DNA of 64,000 nt, from positions 6,386,001 to 6,450,000 of the forward strand of contig JBHGNT010000001.1 in assembly GCA_043228905.1 (NCBI GenBank), written 5' to 3'. Source of the stretch: Azolla caroliniana (taxonomy: Eukaryota > Plantae > Polypodiophyta). The notes under the pieces are model-generated. The model did not search any database and was not told the DNA's origin. It worked only from the letters and a program-made list of their open reading frames with translations. The translations under genes and the position numbers were made by a program. This document shows positions 1 to 13,085 of this stretch, in pieces (within the stretch, counting starts at the first letter, position 1; each line of letters begins with the position of its first letter).

Positions 1-1751
1 CAAAAAGGGCTCCCTACATGTAGTGCCTTCGGGGCATATAAAAACATCTTCCTTGTGGAGGAGTTCGTCGATGATCCTCGCGTCCTTTTCACGGTTTCTC
101 GTGAGCCGGGTAGCAGGGATGGGGGACATGTACTCGGACACCTTGCTTATGCTATAGGCCATAGCTCGGACCTTGCGGCGCAATGCGATGGACAAGAAGA
201 TGGGGTCCGCAAGGGTCCGATGTGTGCACACGAAGATCGCACCTTCTTGGTTTATGTTTTCGGTCCCCCCGGCGGAGGCGAGTTCTCGTTGAAGCAAGGG
301 CGGGGCACCTTTGACCCTCACTTTTATCCCGAACAAAGAGATGAGTGGGAAGCACATTTCTTTTGGTAGGCATATGCCGATCATGTTTCGGATGAGAAAT
401 AGAACAATGCCAGCCGGCATCCACAAGAAGATTGCGAGCGACACAAATGGCGTGGGTCTCATCACGAGCCTCCCGTCATGGAAGACCAAGGGATTCACAT
501 ACTCCTCCTTTGGTACCGTGTCATGGCTTGGTATGGACATACTAATGACATCCTGCATTACACAAAAACCAACAAAACTCCCCAATATCAAAATCACATG
601 AAATTTCTCTTGATAAACACACATACATGAAGATATGCATAGGTGATACAAATCACACATATTCTTAACAATGCTTTGGCTCTTTTTTGCAAAGAGGGGG
701 GCTTTTTCAAGTTAAGTCTAGAGTTTTAAACCCACTTGTTTATCAGTGTATCCTAACACTTTCTATACTCACAAAAACATGATTGTGGGTCTCTCCGGGG
801 CAATCCTACGGAATCACTTGGGACAAACTTATTCCACGAATTTATAGCGATTCTACTGATATACTTGGGGCGAACCTTAATGGCGTGAATTTATAGCGAA
901 CACTGATGTTACTCTAAACAACATACATACAACACATAATTAGAGAAAAAGTATCCCGATTGTGGATGTTACTCTAAAGAACATACATACAACTCAATTA
1001 GAGAGAAAGTATCCCAAACAATCGAGAAACCCCGGAACTTACGTTCCCGCGGGAAGGATTGAGTGTGATATAAGTAGTTGCATTAACATTAACAAGACCT
1101 CCATCCAAATTATGGGATGTCTTACTTTACCTGGCAACATGAGAGGAAGGTGTGCTTGTGGGCACTATTGCATAGCCCAATGCTGGGCTGCCCCCGGGTC
1201 TCTTGGAATGCTTGCTTGACTAGCATCAGTTTTCCGGATTCATCAAGTACCCCCGACTTGGCATTGACACGGCCGGTGCAAAACCCGTCTCGTGTGACTT
1301 CCACGTCGGTCGCAAACACCCTTTTCACACTTAAGTGGTGCCGGACGAAATGCTCGACGAATATCCGTGGGTGAGATGTGACCACATACTTGTCGGTCCC
1401 TCCATGCAAGAAAGCTCTATAGGGCCCCGGCGCAAGGTCCTCGAGGAAGAACTTGGGGAGCACGGCCTTCGACACGGCAATGACCTCGGCTTGCTTCAGC
1501 CCCGCGATGGACACGAAGATCTGGATGCGTATCGGTAATGTCTCGGACACGAATGAGAGCAGCCACATGAGAGGGAATAGGAGGAGGAGGACCAAGGATC
1601 GGAGTGGGCTCCCCGCCTCGAGCGACATTAGCATGTAGTAAGGGAAGAAGCTCGTGGATCGCAAGAGTGTTCCATCCAAATGCGAGATGATCACTCTCTT
1701 TACAATTCCATTGTTTCTTCCTTCATGTTGGGCCATGGCTTCTTCACCCAT
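1..1751 (-). CDS. GPAT: sn-2 glycerol-3-phosphate acyltransferase (land-plant GPAT1-8 family); exon 1 1751-1131, exon 2 552-<1 (3' end outside window)
   Basis: Exon 1 encodes the HAD-like N-terminal domain (LDGTLLRSTSFFPYYML..EAGSPLRSLVLL, AVLPKFFLED). GT donor at 1130/1129, AG acceptor at 554/553, phase 0. Exon 2 reads DVISMSIP..PLVFHDGRLVMRPTP..CTHRTLADP (HxxxxD acyltransferase motif)..CPEGTTCREP. Start ATG is 1751 or 1736. Confidence 0.93.
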
Positions 1752-2260
1752 GTGAAGTGTTTTTGTTGAATTGAAAGTAGCCTTTCCTTTGGGTTGTGTC
1801 AAGAGAGGGAGAAAGGGAGAGAGATTGACGAGCTCTTGTAGTTGTTATTCAGATTTGACCTTGACATATATGCACATATAGATTGACCACTCTAATTTGT
1901 TATTATCTTGAGCTTGACTATTATGTATATATAGGGATATAGATTGGGCTCATCTTTTGATGTTATGTTGGTTAATAATAAATATGGAGAGGCCATGGTT
2001 ATGGTTAGTAGCAAGTGATATCCATAGGTAGTAGTAGTGTGTACATACATAATACATATGTATGTGAAGGTACTTAAAAGACAGTTTCCTCTTTGTTCTC
2101 TTTTTATTTTATTTTATTTTTGTTTATATTTATTATGGTGGGCTCATTAACATAAAATAAAATAAAATGACAGAAGATGACAACACGAGCGTCGTCGAAG
2201 GTTCCGACCACAAACTTTGTACATATTGTGCCCAAGTTCCGACCACACACTTGCGGCTCA

Positions 2261-2511
2261 TGAAGTAAAATAAAGGACCACAAGTTTATACCTAATGAAG
2301 TATCCGATGACTAGGACGAGGCATGATCCTCATCTCTTCACTTCCCACCATGATGATTATAACATGTTATTGACACTAGTTGCCTTGAAGTAAAATAAAG
2401 GACCACAAGTTTATACCTAATGAAGTATCCCGAAGACTAGGACGAGGCATGATCCTCATCTCTTCACTTCCCACCATGATGATTATAACATGTTATTGAC
2501 ACTAGTTGCCT
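2261..2511. repeat. Tandem duplication of a ~125-bp unit
   Basis: tgaagtaaaataaaggaccacaagtttatacctaatg... begins at 2261 and again at 2386, nearly identical. Confidence 0.9.
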
Positions 2512-3053
2512 TTGACACAGACACTAGTTACCTTTTGAGGTAGACACTACTTGGCTTTGAGGCAAAGTGTTCTATCATATTGTTCCCTTCTAGAACTCTT
2601 TGTTCACACATTTTGGTGTCGATCGCTTTTGTCGAGCACCCACACCCCCCTTTTTCGCATTCCAACCAACTTTCAAAGAGTTGTCTCACCTTCCCTGTAC
2701 ATATCGTCCTCTCGTGTTGTATACATCCTTTCACGCGTTGTTACCACACTTGGTGCATTGGCTTTCTACCTTGAATGTTGCTTTCGATTCAATGGGCTTC
2801 TCGAAGTTGGCTCTCCTCACCCACTTGTGTCTTCTTACACATATACTCTAATGGACCTTTTGAGAACTCTATGTGTGATTGCACACTTTCTTGACGTTTA
2901 TTTGTTTTTGTTCTTTTCATGGTTCCATTCAGGCCTTTGTGATAATCGGTCACTTTTACCCCCATGAGCTTTTGTACTTTGGTAGTAGGCCATAGGCCAA
3001 TTTGGGTGAACCTTATTGTAAATACTAAATAAATAAATAAATAAATAAAAAAA

Positions 3054-3096
<43 letters not shown>

Positions 3097-5082
3097 GTGA
3101 TAAATGATGCCAACCAACTTCTCAGCTGCCTCATAAATATGTAAAAATGAATTTATATATATATATATAATATGAGTTCGAAACCTTCTCTTGTTTTGTT
3201 TTTGTAATTAATGCTCCAATATTACCTGTATTCTTAGTATTTATTTGGATTTATATTTGTAATTTAGTTATTTTTGTTTCGTCTATGAAAAACTTCTTTT
3301 TATAGCTATGTTATGTATAAGCATTTGAAATTAAAACTCTCCTAAAAGCTTATAAGCACCCCCCACTATTTCCCCTATCCCCATGGTCGACAACACCATC
3401 ACGAAGACAAGAGCCAAAAAAACACTATGTGCTATCTCGAGCAAATCATGTGATCAATTCAACCCTCTCTGTCTCTCTCTGTCTCTCTCAAATATGTGTA
3501 CCATTGAAGCCAAACGAGACGGTACACTGGCACCATTTGATTTCAATTCATAGTTAGGCATGGAAGCAAGAACTGACAATGATTAGTTGCAAACAAGACA
3601 AATCACGTGTAGATCACAACAATCTCATGCATTCACTTGTACTCTCAAATGAGTTCACTACAAGAAGGAACAAGTTTAAGATAAGCCCTATAAAGTACCA
3701 AAAACAATAGATAAGGAAACATTTAAATGTGGAAAAAAGTTAGTTTCAACGATTAAACACATCTTTAATGTTTCCCATGAATTCATTCCAAAGTGCATTG
3801 GTTTGGATTTTGACTTATACCCTACCAATCTCAATGTTTGGTAACCATTTCAACACTAGAGTATATGCTCATTGCTTCAGTAGTTGCTAGTGCTAAGTCA
3901 CGAATCAACGCATTGATCCATCTAGTGTTCGCTAGTATGGCTTATGTGCCCATTGTGCTTACCTTGCCGAGAAGAATGAAGAATAGATTAATAAAAGACA
4001 AAACCTATTATGGAAGAAAAAAGGAACGTTATCAATGAAGTTATATAGAAATGTCAAAAAGATTTTCTTGGTGTTTAGAATGCCATCCCCAACATACACG
4101 ACAATGGAAGAATAATTTGAGAATCATTACTAGGATATCCAAACAAGGACAAAACGTTAAATAGAGCTTTTGTATTTCTAGATCCATATGTCATACATAA
4201 ACAACAGAACAAGTTGCAATAATATCCTAATTCTAGATCCAAAGGCACTTTAAAAACGTTAAGAATATGTTGCATTTGTTACATTGATGTTCAAACAAGA
4301 TTAAAATAAATATATATATTTTTCTATTTGGATTACTTGAAAAAAAAAACATAGCTATTTGTCCCCTCTAGCATGCAAAGGAAGTATAGGGGTCAATGTA
4401 TAGTGTGACTAGGGCCATACACGTGTAAGGTGGGCAATCCTATGCATGGTGAGTAGTTATATATTAGATAGTCAAGAGGTTAATAAGTTTCATATCCCCC
4501 GTGCATACATGGTCTGCAAAGGTAGCCAAACATGCATGATGGTTCTCTGTATTGATGATACCATCATGATGCTTTGTAAGTTCCTTCTTTATCCTTACCT
4601 AGATGGTGGGTTACAATCAATTTCAGTGGGCACAATAACCTACTTCTTCATCCAAAGGTGTATTTGGTGTGGTAGATTGTGATATTGAGGCCGTTGGATA
4701 CAACAACACCACTCTCTTTGCTTTTTCCTTTCCTCTCAATCTAATTATATGTAAAATTTCTTGCTCTTGTTGTTACCAACTCTATTGAGTTTAATGTGTT
4801 ATTGCTACTTAAAATATCCATTGAACACATTTGTGAGGTCATGTAGGGTCAGATTTGTCCAATAGCATCAATAGGAAACAATAAGCATTAACATTCAAAA
4901 GTGAACCAAAGATTTTGCATTCAAAAAGTGAATTGCAATACATAGATTCTAATGCCATTTTTCACTATACAAGGGCCATTGAGATCTAGCTACGCACATT
5001 ATTTTGTCAACTTCAATACACAAAAGCTTATTAGATATACGAGTAACATTAAAATTCAATCAACGTATACTAGGTAAAAATG

Positions 5083-5254
5083 TGAAATGTTCATCATCTC
5101 CCATAGTTAGTTTTTCAACAATCATGGGTTTCTTTATGCATTGAATTATATCAATAACTCATAACCATGAAACGTTCATCATCTCCCATAGTTAGTTTTT
5201 CAACAATGATGGGTTTCTTTATGCATTGAATTATATCAATAACTCATAACCATG
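5083..5254. repeat. Tandem duplication of an ~85-bp unit
   Basis: tgaaa(t/c)gttcatcatctcccatagttagtttttcaacaat... at 5083 and 5168. Confidence 0.88.
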
Positions 5255-6939
5255 ACTTCTCATTATGAATATAAAACCTATGTTTGTTTCACAATAAAGG
5301 ACATATACATTTTGAAAGACTTTCCGGTTAAGTGGGAGAACCAACAAAAGTTCATAGGAAGTGAGACGTTCATATTAGGTGGAAGAACCCTTGAAGGAGT
5401 TACCCTAGATCGTAAATAACGCTTTCTATTTAAACCCTGACTAATTATTTAGCTATGAGAGTGAGCGTGTATTATGATGTGCAACATATTGGATGCAAGA
5501 ATCAAACTTGGGTTTCACTGATGTTTATGTCTTTGATTCTAGGATGCCAAGCACCAAGCCTTAACATATGTCATTTTCTATGTTGCTAGTGAATATTTGT
5601 TTGTATTAGGGTTACGTCGTGCTAATCAATGGATATAAACATGTGCATAAGACATGTTTCAACTAAATGATGTAAATTGTTGTCATTAGTGTGATTGATT
5701 GCCAATAAGCAAGATATTCATACATGACCTTTTCTTGGTTGAGTTTCAATAATCTCGCTTTTCATGAATTTAGTAATCCTCATGAACATTAACAATCATT
5801 TATAAGGAAAATGTTGGATGATTTTCAATTCTCGGAAAACTGAATATAAAAATCAACAACTAGACCATTTACCTAATTCATGAAAGGTTGCGCACAACTC
5901 ATTTTATAAGGAAAATTGCTTCCAGCTCGTGCACTTGTTGTGTACACATGATAAATGATACATGAGAGAAACTGTCTCTTAGTTTCTCCTAATTGTTGAC
6001 TAATTGTTTGTAGAGGAAGCAAATAACATGGAGAAATTTCAAGTGCATTATTGTGCTAATTTGGTTGGTGAATGTTTGTAATCATCTTTTTTACTCTTTG
6101 GATGCAACCTTGGTCTCTTGCTTAATAAAGAGATTTGAAATATGTTTTTGAAGATCAATCCTTTTGAAATAAATGTTGAAGTTTTGAATTGTTTTGGACA
6201 TCTTCCCTCGACCATTGGGGATGAACATCTAAACATAAACCCAAGAAATAAACACATACATATGGAGACACAACCTGAAAGCTTGGTTCATAACTTTTTA
6301 GATGAACAAATGTCATTTCGACAAACATTGCAAAGGTACCACCTATCCAACTTTTCTTAGATCCAATGCATGAAGTGACTGAAGAAGAAGACTCCTTCAT
6401 GTTCGTTAATTCTTTGTCGCAAGCTTATGTATGAGGGGTGCATTGTTAAAGTCTACACATAAAAAGATGCATGGTGAAATCGTAGACATGCAAACAATTT
6501 GAGACCATATATTTGATCATTCCATTAAAGTTTTGCATGCAATAATTGGTAAAAACTCATAAATCTCTACTTCAAGCATACATTGTACACCTCCAACATA
6601 AATACATTCACCAACAAATCTATTTCTGATTATTTACTCACGACAATAGCACAAATGGTTTTTTATTGTGTATGTAGTACCCAAAAAAATTATATCACTT
6701 TCATGGTTTACACAACCCTTTAATATTGTATGTCATAACATTTCATTGAATTTGCCATGAAATACGTACATATATATTTGGTTGAATTTATATTGCTTTC
6801 AAGAAAGATACTTTATGTGAACATCACCAAATTTTGCACAACTTCACCCATTTTATAACATTTTGACTCTTCTTAGAAAAAATCACATTGAAGAGACCAT
6901 CCACATACTTTCATGATCGTCTAAGAAACCAAGGAAAAG

Positions 6940-7374
6940 TGTTAACTCTTAGGGCCGGACAATGGCCTAACATAGGGTGTCTACGGAAGACACTTCCCCA
7001 AAGGGTGTTACGGCAACCGGATCTGCCTCAACGCTTAATCCTACTTGATTAAGTTACTTATTATGATCGTCTTTCATAACACACGCGTAAGATATAACAA
7101 TTAAGACAGAACGGCAATTAACACAGAGAGATAACAACGCTTAAGCTTTCATTAATTAACCGCTATTGATTACATTGTATACGGGCCTTTAAATAGGTTT
7201 CCGGTCTGTATTCCAAAACGGTGCCATCTGCACCTGTTCGGGATCGGTCCGGATCCGGAACGGCATACCGTTTCCGGTCCGTCCGTCCACACTCATAGCT
7301 TAATTACAACCACATTCCTACTACTTAAATAACTCTCCGTTTCCCACTCTGGACTCCTTTGCCGGCCGGTAACA
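6940..7374. mobile_element. Solo LTR (435 bp) of an LTR retrotransposon
   Basis: Termini TGTTA...TAACA flanked by a perfect 5-bp TSD AAAAG (6935-6939, 7375-7379). CpG-richer than the flanks. Confidence 0.85.
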
Positions 7375-8498
7375 AAAAGACACATAGAATATGCAAAGAT
7401 CAACAAGAGATTGATATAAAATTGAGAATCAAGAATAGAATAGCTCGAAGACAAGCGAAAACATGAGACAAATGTGAAAAGGCTCAAGATTAGCATTGCA
7501 CCAACATGAGAATAGTTCGACAAGAATGAGATACATCTAATGATTAGTCTTGAACTCTTGCCCAAATGTTAGGATCGGTTTCCTCCAAAAATGAGGTCAC
7601 GCCAACTATTGCAGAATGTGTCGGTTCTAGAATGTTTTAATATCGTTTGGAAACAACTATATATGAAGTTACGGCATATGTTACTAATTCAAATTTTGCT
7701 TCATACATATATGACGTTAGGGCATATGAAGTAGTACACTAATAGGCAATTGACCATGGTTAATCCCACTCTAGAGGAGCCAAGTTAATCATCAATACAA
7801 TCCTTGTATTTTGCATTGTCCCAAATTAGTGGATCTCAAGGTGATAAGGTCCCCTCGCTAACTAAGTTGAACTCACACCACAACTAGGAACCACCTTGTT
7901 GAATTTAGTAAAAAGGGCAGTTGGTTCTTGCAATAGGAATTTCCATAACCAAGAGTGTATCGTGCTTATTATCTAGATACGTATGCTCGATTATTGGGAT
8001 GGTCCTGCTTAGATTAGGAAGTCCAACCAAGTTTCCTAGCAATGTTGCAGGAGAAACATCCAAACATGATTCGATAAAAGTGTTGGATTGGAAAACCGCC
8101 TACATTTTGCACAAAGGGTTTCCCATCTCCTTGCACACACAAGGCCACACGATTGTCTCATCGTTCCGCTCGTTATCCCACATTCATAAATTCATTATTC
8201 AACGATACATAACATCCTGCAAAAGTAGATTGTGCATTGCATTTGTTACTATGCATGGAAGAACAATTATTTTTTTGATTTCCATAACAACATCGAGGAA
8301 CAACAAAATGCGTTAACGTGACGAGTTGTCACGGAACCAATTCTCATCGGAAGAAACAAGAAACCAATTCTTAACGGAACAAACTGGACGAGTTGTCACA
8401 AAACCAATTCTTTATTGGATGTGCTACGACACACACATCGATAGCGACAGATGGATAGATGGATCGACCGACCGATGGCTAGCTACAAAAATCTCAAA

Positions 8499-9341
8499 TC
8501 AAAGAGGGAGATGGCTACGACGAAGACTAATACGATGGGCTGCAAGTGAGGAGGAGTCGCACTCATTGCGGAATGCGTAAAGTTGGTAAGGGTAGGCATC
8601 GGCCGCAACCCACTGCCCAATCTCGAAGACTTGATTGTCGCAACCGAGACTTACCCCCGTGATGGTGGCTTGCACATAGTTGACATACCAGCCGGGGTGT
8701 GTCCCGGTCCCATCGCTCGTTAGGTTTAGGGCACAGATGGTCCCGCTGCCCGTGCATGTAGCAAGGCCACTAAATATGTCGATCGATCCGCGCTCGAAGT
8801 AGTCGTGCCCGCTCCCCATCAATCCTCCCCATGTCTCGATGTCATCTATCGTCACACTATCTCCGTTCGAATCCCACAATGTCACCCCGATCACCGAATT
8901 CGTCCCTGCGCTTATCCGCGTCCCCGTCTTTACATAGAAAGAGTACACACATTCCTGCATTACATACCCGATCGGATCGATTGAATCCGAAACCCAACCA
9001 AACCACATTAGCCACAACACAAACTGTCATGATTGTGCTCTTAATCCACTTGGATCTCAAACACATATGTGTTTTGACTAATCTGAGCTTTAGATTAATG
9101 GATCCACCACACACACACACACATATATAACTTTATAAGTTAGATCTAATGGATCTCTCCATGAATACATGTGAATCAAAATCACTCATGAACTATTGTA
9201 CCAAAAGAAATAAAAACCAATCTTAACTATTAGACAAAAAGATATAAGATCAATACATACAGTGCTGCCATGGACTGAAGAAATCGCAACAAATTGAAGA
9301 AGAAGAAGGAGGAGGAGAAGAAGGGTAGCTGTGGTGCCCAT
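8499..9341 (-). CDS. PLAT: Secreted PLAT/LH2-domain protein (PLAT1/PLAT2-like), 178 aa; exon 1 9341-9261 (signal peptide), exon 2 8954-8499
   Basis: Exon 1 MGTTATLLLLLLLLLQFVAISSVHGST is followed by a GTATGT donor. Exon 2, after tgcag, reads ECVYSFYVKTG..AGTNS..WGGLMG..DYFERGSIDIFSG..CALNLTSDGTG.HPGWYVNYV..FEIGQWVA.D..PY.L.A.RN.C, the plant PLAT-stress family pattern. Phase 0 join. Confidence 0.92.
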
Positions 9342-10382
9342 CTACAGATTTCTCTAATGAAACAAAACAATGAATTAAATAAGAAATGGGGGAAAAAGAT
9401 TTCCCTTGCCCACACAAAAGAAGAAACTGTTGTAGCAAAATAGCAAATGAAAAGCAGCCTGTCCTTTTTTATGAAACCCTATCTGAATCCATCGTGATGG
9501 CATAGCCTTTTACATTATATTTTTCTTTTCTTTTCTTTTGTTAGTGATTGATGGGGATGGATGCCATGTTGAGCCCATCATCACATAGGATGGATGCCAT
9601 GTTGAGCCCATCATCACATGGGGTGCTTGAGCTATCATAAGACATATCATGCCAAAATATGAAGAGAAAGATCCCTCCCATTGGGGAACTGAGGGGCCTT
9701 TGCCATGTCATGCCCATGTTTGTTTGCCGGGTTGCCATATTATCCCAGTTGTGGGCATGAACGAGTTGTTGTTATAAGTGCATGGGATTTATGCTTTTAG
9801 TTTGTGCCCAACATCGCTCCTACACGATCGAGCATTTGATATTTGCCCATGTCCTTGTGATTGCTTTGAACTTCTCATTGTCAAGAACATGCATAGATCT
9901 GTGCTCTTGGATCAAGGGCCACGTTTGTGTTATTAATTCCTTTATATGGTTTTTCGTAACATCGCAATTACAATGCATATGAATTGACTTCAATGCATAG
10001 TGCCACATGACAAGAAGGGCCGAGAAAGAATCCCCCACATGATCCAACATCCAAAGTGGCCAAAATAAGTATTCCTTTTAATTTCCTTAGATAGGTTCGT
10101 ACTCCATGCAATCTATCATCGGAACATAAAAGCATTGTGCATCTCTCCAACTATGTTGCAACCCTCAATACCTGAAAAAGTTAAAAAATACCATCCATTT
10201 CATCATTTGTGCCATTTTGTCTATAGTAAGCAAAAACCTATATGTAGGCATTGAGTAGCACCAAGATATACTTGCCAAATAATATCAGGCATTGGAGAAG
10301 AGAGGAGGGAAGGAAATGGGAGGAATGTTGTTATTAGTTGTTGATATGGACTTGGGTAAAGCAACTACCAAATGGATGGATC

Positions 10383-10826
10383 TGTTAATCCTGGTTTGGA
10401 CTCAGCCACTAACACACAAGGCGTCTTTTCTAAAACATGTATCCAAAGGGGTGGTCAAAGAGAATAATGATGCTTCTTCAATACGATACTAATTCACTTA
10501 ACACTATTTATATCTTAATTACACGCGTAAGATTGGAAATGATAGCACAAGCGGCAAGTACACAAGATGATACAGCCAATAGAATAGACAACAATACTTA
10601 AACTCGCACTACTTTCGTGAATTATACATCAATCTGGATCCTTTTATTGGCATATGGTAAAAGTTACAAAACAGTGCCTATCGGCTACCGACTACTAATC
10701 TGTGCGGATCCGGATCGGGACAACTATCTAGATCCGCCATTTTCTTAACTATATTAATAATATTCCTTCGGCCTTAACTCTTCCCTATTCACATTTCCTC
10801 TTCCGGATCATACTCATAGGCCAACA
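10383..10826. mobile_element. Solo LTR (444 bp), probably related to the 6940-7374 element
   Basis: TGTTA...CAACA termini; TSD GGATC/AGATC (4/5). Shares acacgcgtaagat and ggatccgga motifs at similar offsets with the 6940 LTR. Confidence 0.7.
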
Positions 10827-11327
10827 AGATCAAGGTCAAAGCCACGGTTTTGTAAGGACAAGAAGCCCAATGCTAGCTTAAAAGCAAATGTAGCATTTAC
10901 TAATGAATGACACCGTGTGGAAGGGGAGGAACTTGCCATGTGGAGGGCGAAGTTTAGTAAGATTGATCATGCATTCTCACAATACTGTTTAAGGGGGGAG
11001 GTTAGTGGGGAGGGACCTAAGAGAGGTCAATGGCGAAGACAAGTTTGGAATAAAAAGTTACCTTCCCAATTGCAAATTGATTGATTAGATAGGGTTGTTG
11101 CATTCACACAAAAAATTGAGGAATTTGTAATAGAGGATATAAAAGAGAAGTTTCTACAAAAGGGTATGGGGGATCTATATTACATGTGAATCCTTATGGA
11201 CCTTTGCAATATAACTAATATTATGGGGGTATAGTTTGCCCATAAGGAGAAAAGACTCGCATGCGATTAACATGGGTAGTGTAATTGAATGTTGGCGGGC
11301 ATGTTCCTCCTCATAAGAAATATATAA

Positions 11328-12826
11328 GGGAAAAGTACCAGGATATCCTTGGAAGTTTGTCTATTTACCAGAATGCCCTTGGAAGTTCCAAATTTACCAG
11401 AATGCCCTTGGAAGTTCCAAATTTACCAAACTACCCCTATGTCCAAAAAAATACACTTTATAAAGTAATTATACACTCAAATCTACAAGCCCTATTTACC
11501 AGAATACCCTTCAAACACATTTTTTTTATTACCATATCCCCCCCCTCATTATGTGTGTGTGTGTGTATACACAGAGAGAAACATAGTAGTAATCATTTGT
11601 ACAAGCAATAGATGTAGTCATTTGTACAGGCAATAGATGCGCCAGGATCGCGTTGGGCCATCATGAGCTCAGTTGCCAACAGCCATAGCCGATTCAGCTT
11701 ATGCTTCCTCGCAACGATGAGCATGCTCGTGATATCCTCCAACGATATACTATGATTACTTGCATGGTTGCCCCCATCATTAATATGCAGAACTAACCCT
11801 AGCTTTGCCTCTATCACAAGAAGAACATAATCAATTATACTAGATTGCAAATTAGGCAATGAGCAATAATTACAAGCTGAAGAGTTGAATTATGAATGAA
11901 TCACTTGTGTTTTACCTGGACCAAGGTGGACAATTCATCAACTCCAAAGAAATTGGCGGCATGGATGAGCTCAAGGCAGATATGGATACCATAGTGCACA
12001 ACAGAGTAACTGTAATTGTAAATTATAATTAACATTGTAGGTCATTGGATTAGCAGTGGCAGATGGTAGATTGTAGTGAAGGGGTTGTGCGGGGCCTAGT
12101 ATTTCGGTAGAGGATGGATCGATGATCAATTGGCAATATCAACGGGAATGTCATCTATGTCCCCGTGGATTTGACCTGCGTCGGCCTCCCAGTTACTCAA
12201 TATACCTGTTGGAGAATTGTTGACGAGACTCCCGGTGATAGAAGAAGAGACAATTTGGTTCTGACCCTGAAGATTAGACTGTTGTTGGTTAGGGTAGCAT
12301 TGGCTCACAGAGATGCTACCGGCATAGTGATTCCGGGAGGCGGGTGGGGATTGAGATTGAGGCGGATGAAAGGAGGAGGAGGTAGACGAATCGCAAGATG
12401 AGGAGGAGGAGGAGGAGGCAGAAGAAGAAGAAGAAGAGGAGGAGGAAGAGGGGGAGAAGATGAGGGGGAAGAAGGGGTTGCGAGCTGACACGATGCAGTG
12501 GTGGGCGTAGACGAGGGCATAGGTCCGACCGTCTATGCAAAAAGCAATGTCTGCAAATCGGTCAAATCGGTCAAATCGGTCAGGACCACAGTCCAGAAGG
12601 GTGAGGTAATCTGAAGATAAGCTCCTTAGGCTACTACTTAGCATGAATGTGGATATGGTAAAAAGAAATTTGTGTTTGAAGGGTATTGTGGTAAATAGGG
12701 CTTGTAGGTTTGAGTGTATAATTACTTTATAAAGTGTATTTTTTTGGATATAGAGGGTAAATTTGGAACTTCCAGGGGCATTCTGGTAAATAGACAGACT
12801 TCCAGGGGTATCCTGGTACTTTTCCC
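11328..12826. mobile_element. Non-autonomous Mutator-like element (Pack-MULE) with ~180-210 bp TIRs and captured host gene fragment
   Basis: Left TIR GGGAAAAGTACCAGGATA...TACCATATCC (11328-~11540) is the reverse complement of the right TIR GGATATGGTA...TATCCTGGTACTTTTCCC (~12651-12826). 9-bp TSD AATATATAA/AATATGTAT (7/9). No transposase inside. Confidence 0.88.
11640..12644 (-). pseudogene. Captured, interrupted fragment of a BOP/NPR-family BTB/POZ gene (no ankyrin repeats)
   Basis: SLRSLSSDYLTLL..FADIAFCIDGR..VYAHHCIVSARNPFF resembles BOP SLDYLNLL..FSDVTFSVEGRLVHAHRCILAARS.FF. Later segments CLELIHAANFFGVDELSTLVQ|gtaaa and SLEDITSMLIVARKHKLNRLW match the following BOP/NPR segments. The first ORF stops at 12126. 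Confidence 0.78.
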
Positions 12827-12906
12827 AATATGTATATAATTGTATAGAACTTTGTTGAGTAGGGGATGGGATATATTATGTGTAGGTGAGCATAAGTGTC
12901 ACAATC

Positions 12907-12943
<37 letters not shown>

Positions 12944-13085
12944 AGGGTATGGGGTGGGAATATGGTAAAACTTGGGGAGGGGTATTCCGGTGAAATTCTA
13001 CACACCACACTCTCTGTACTTCCTACTCTCTCTGCTATGACATGGAACGAGAGACACACAGAGGACGCGCACAGATCATTAAGCT

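Noticed and set aside
2567-2935. LTR-like segment followed by a PBS-like tggttcc
   Set aside because: No matching terminus, TSD or internal coding sequence identified.
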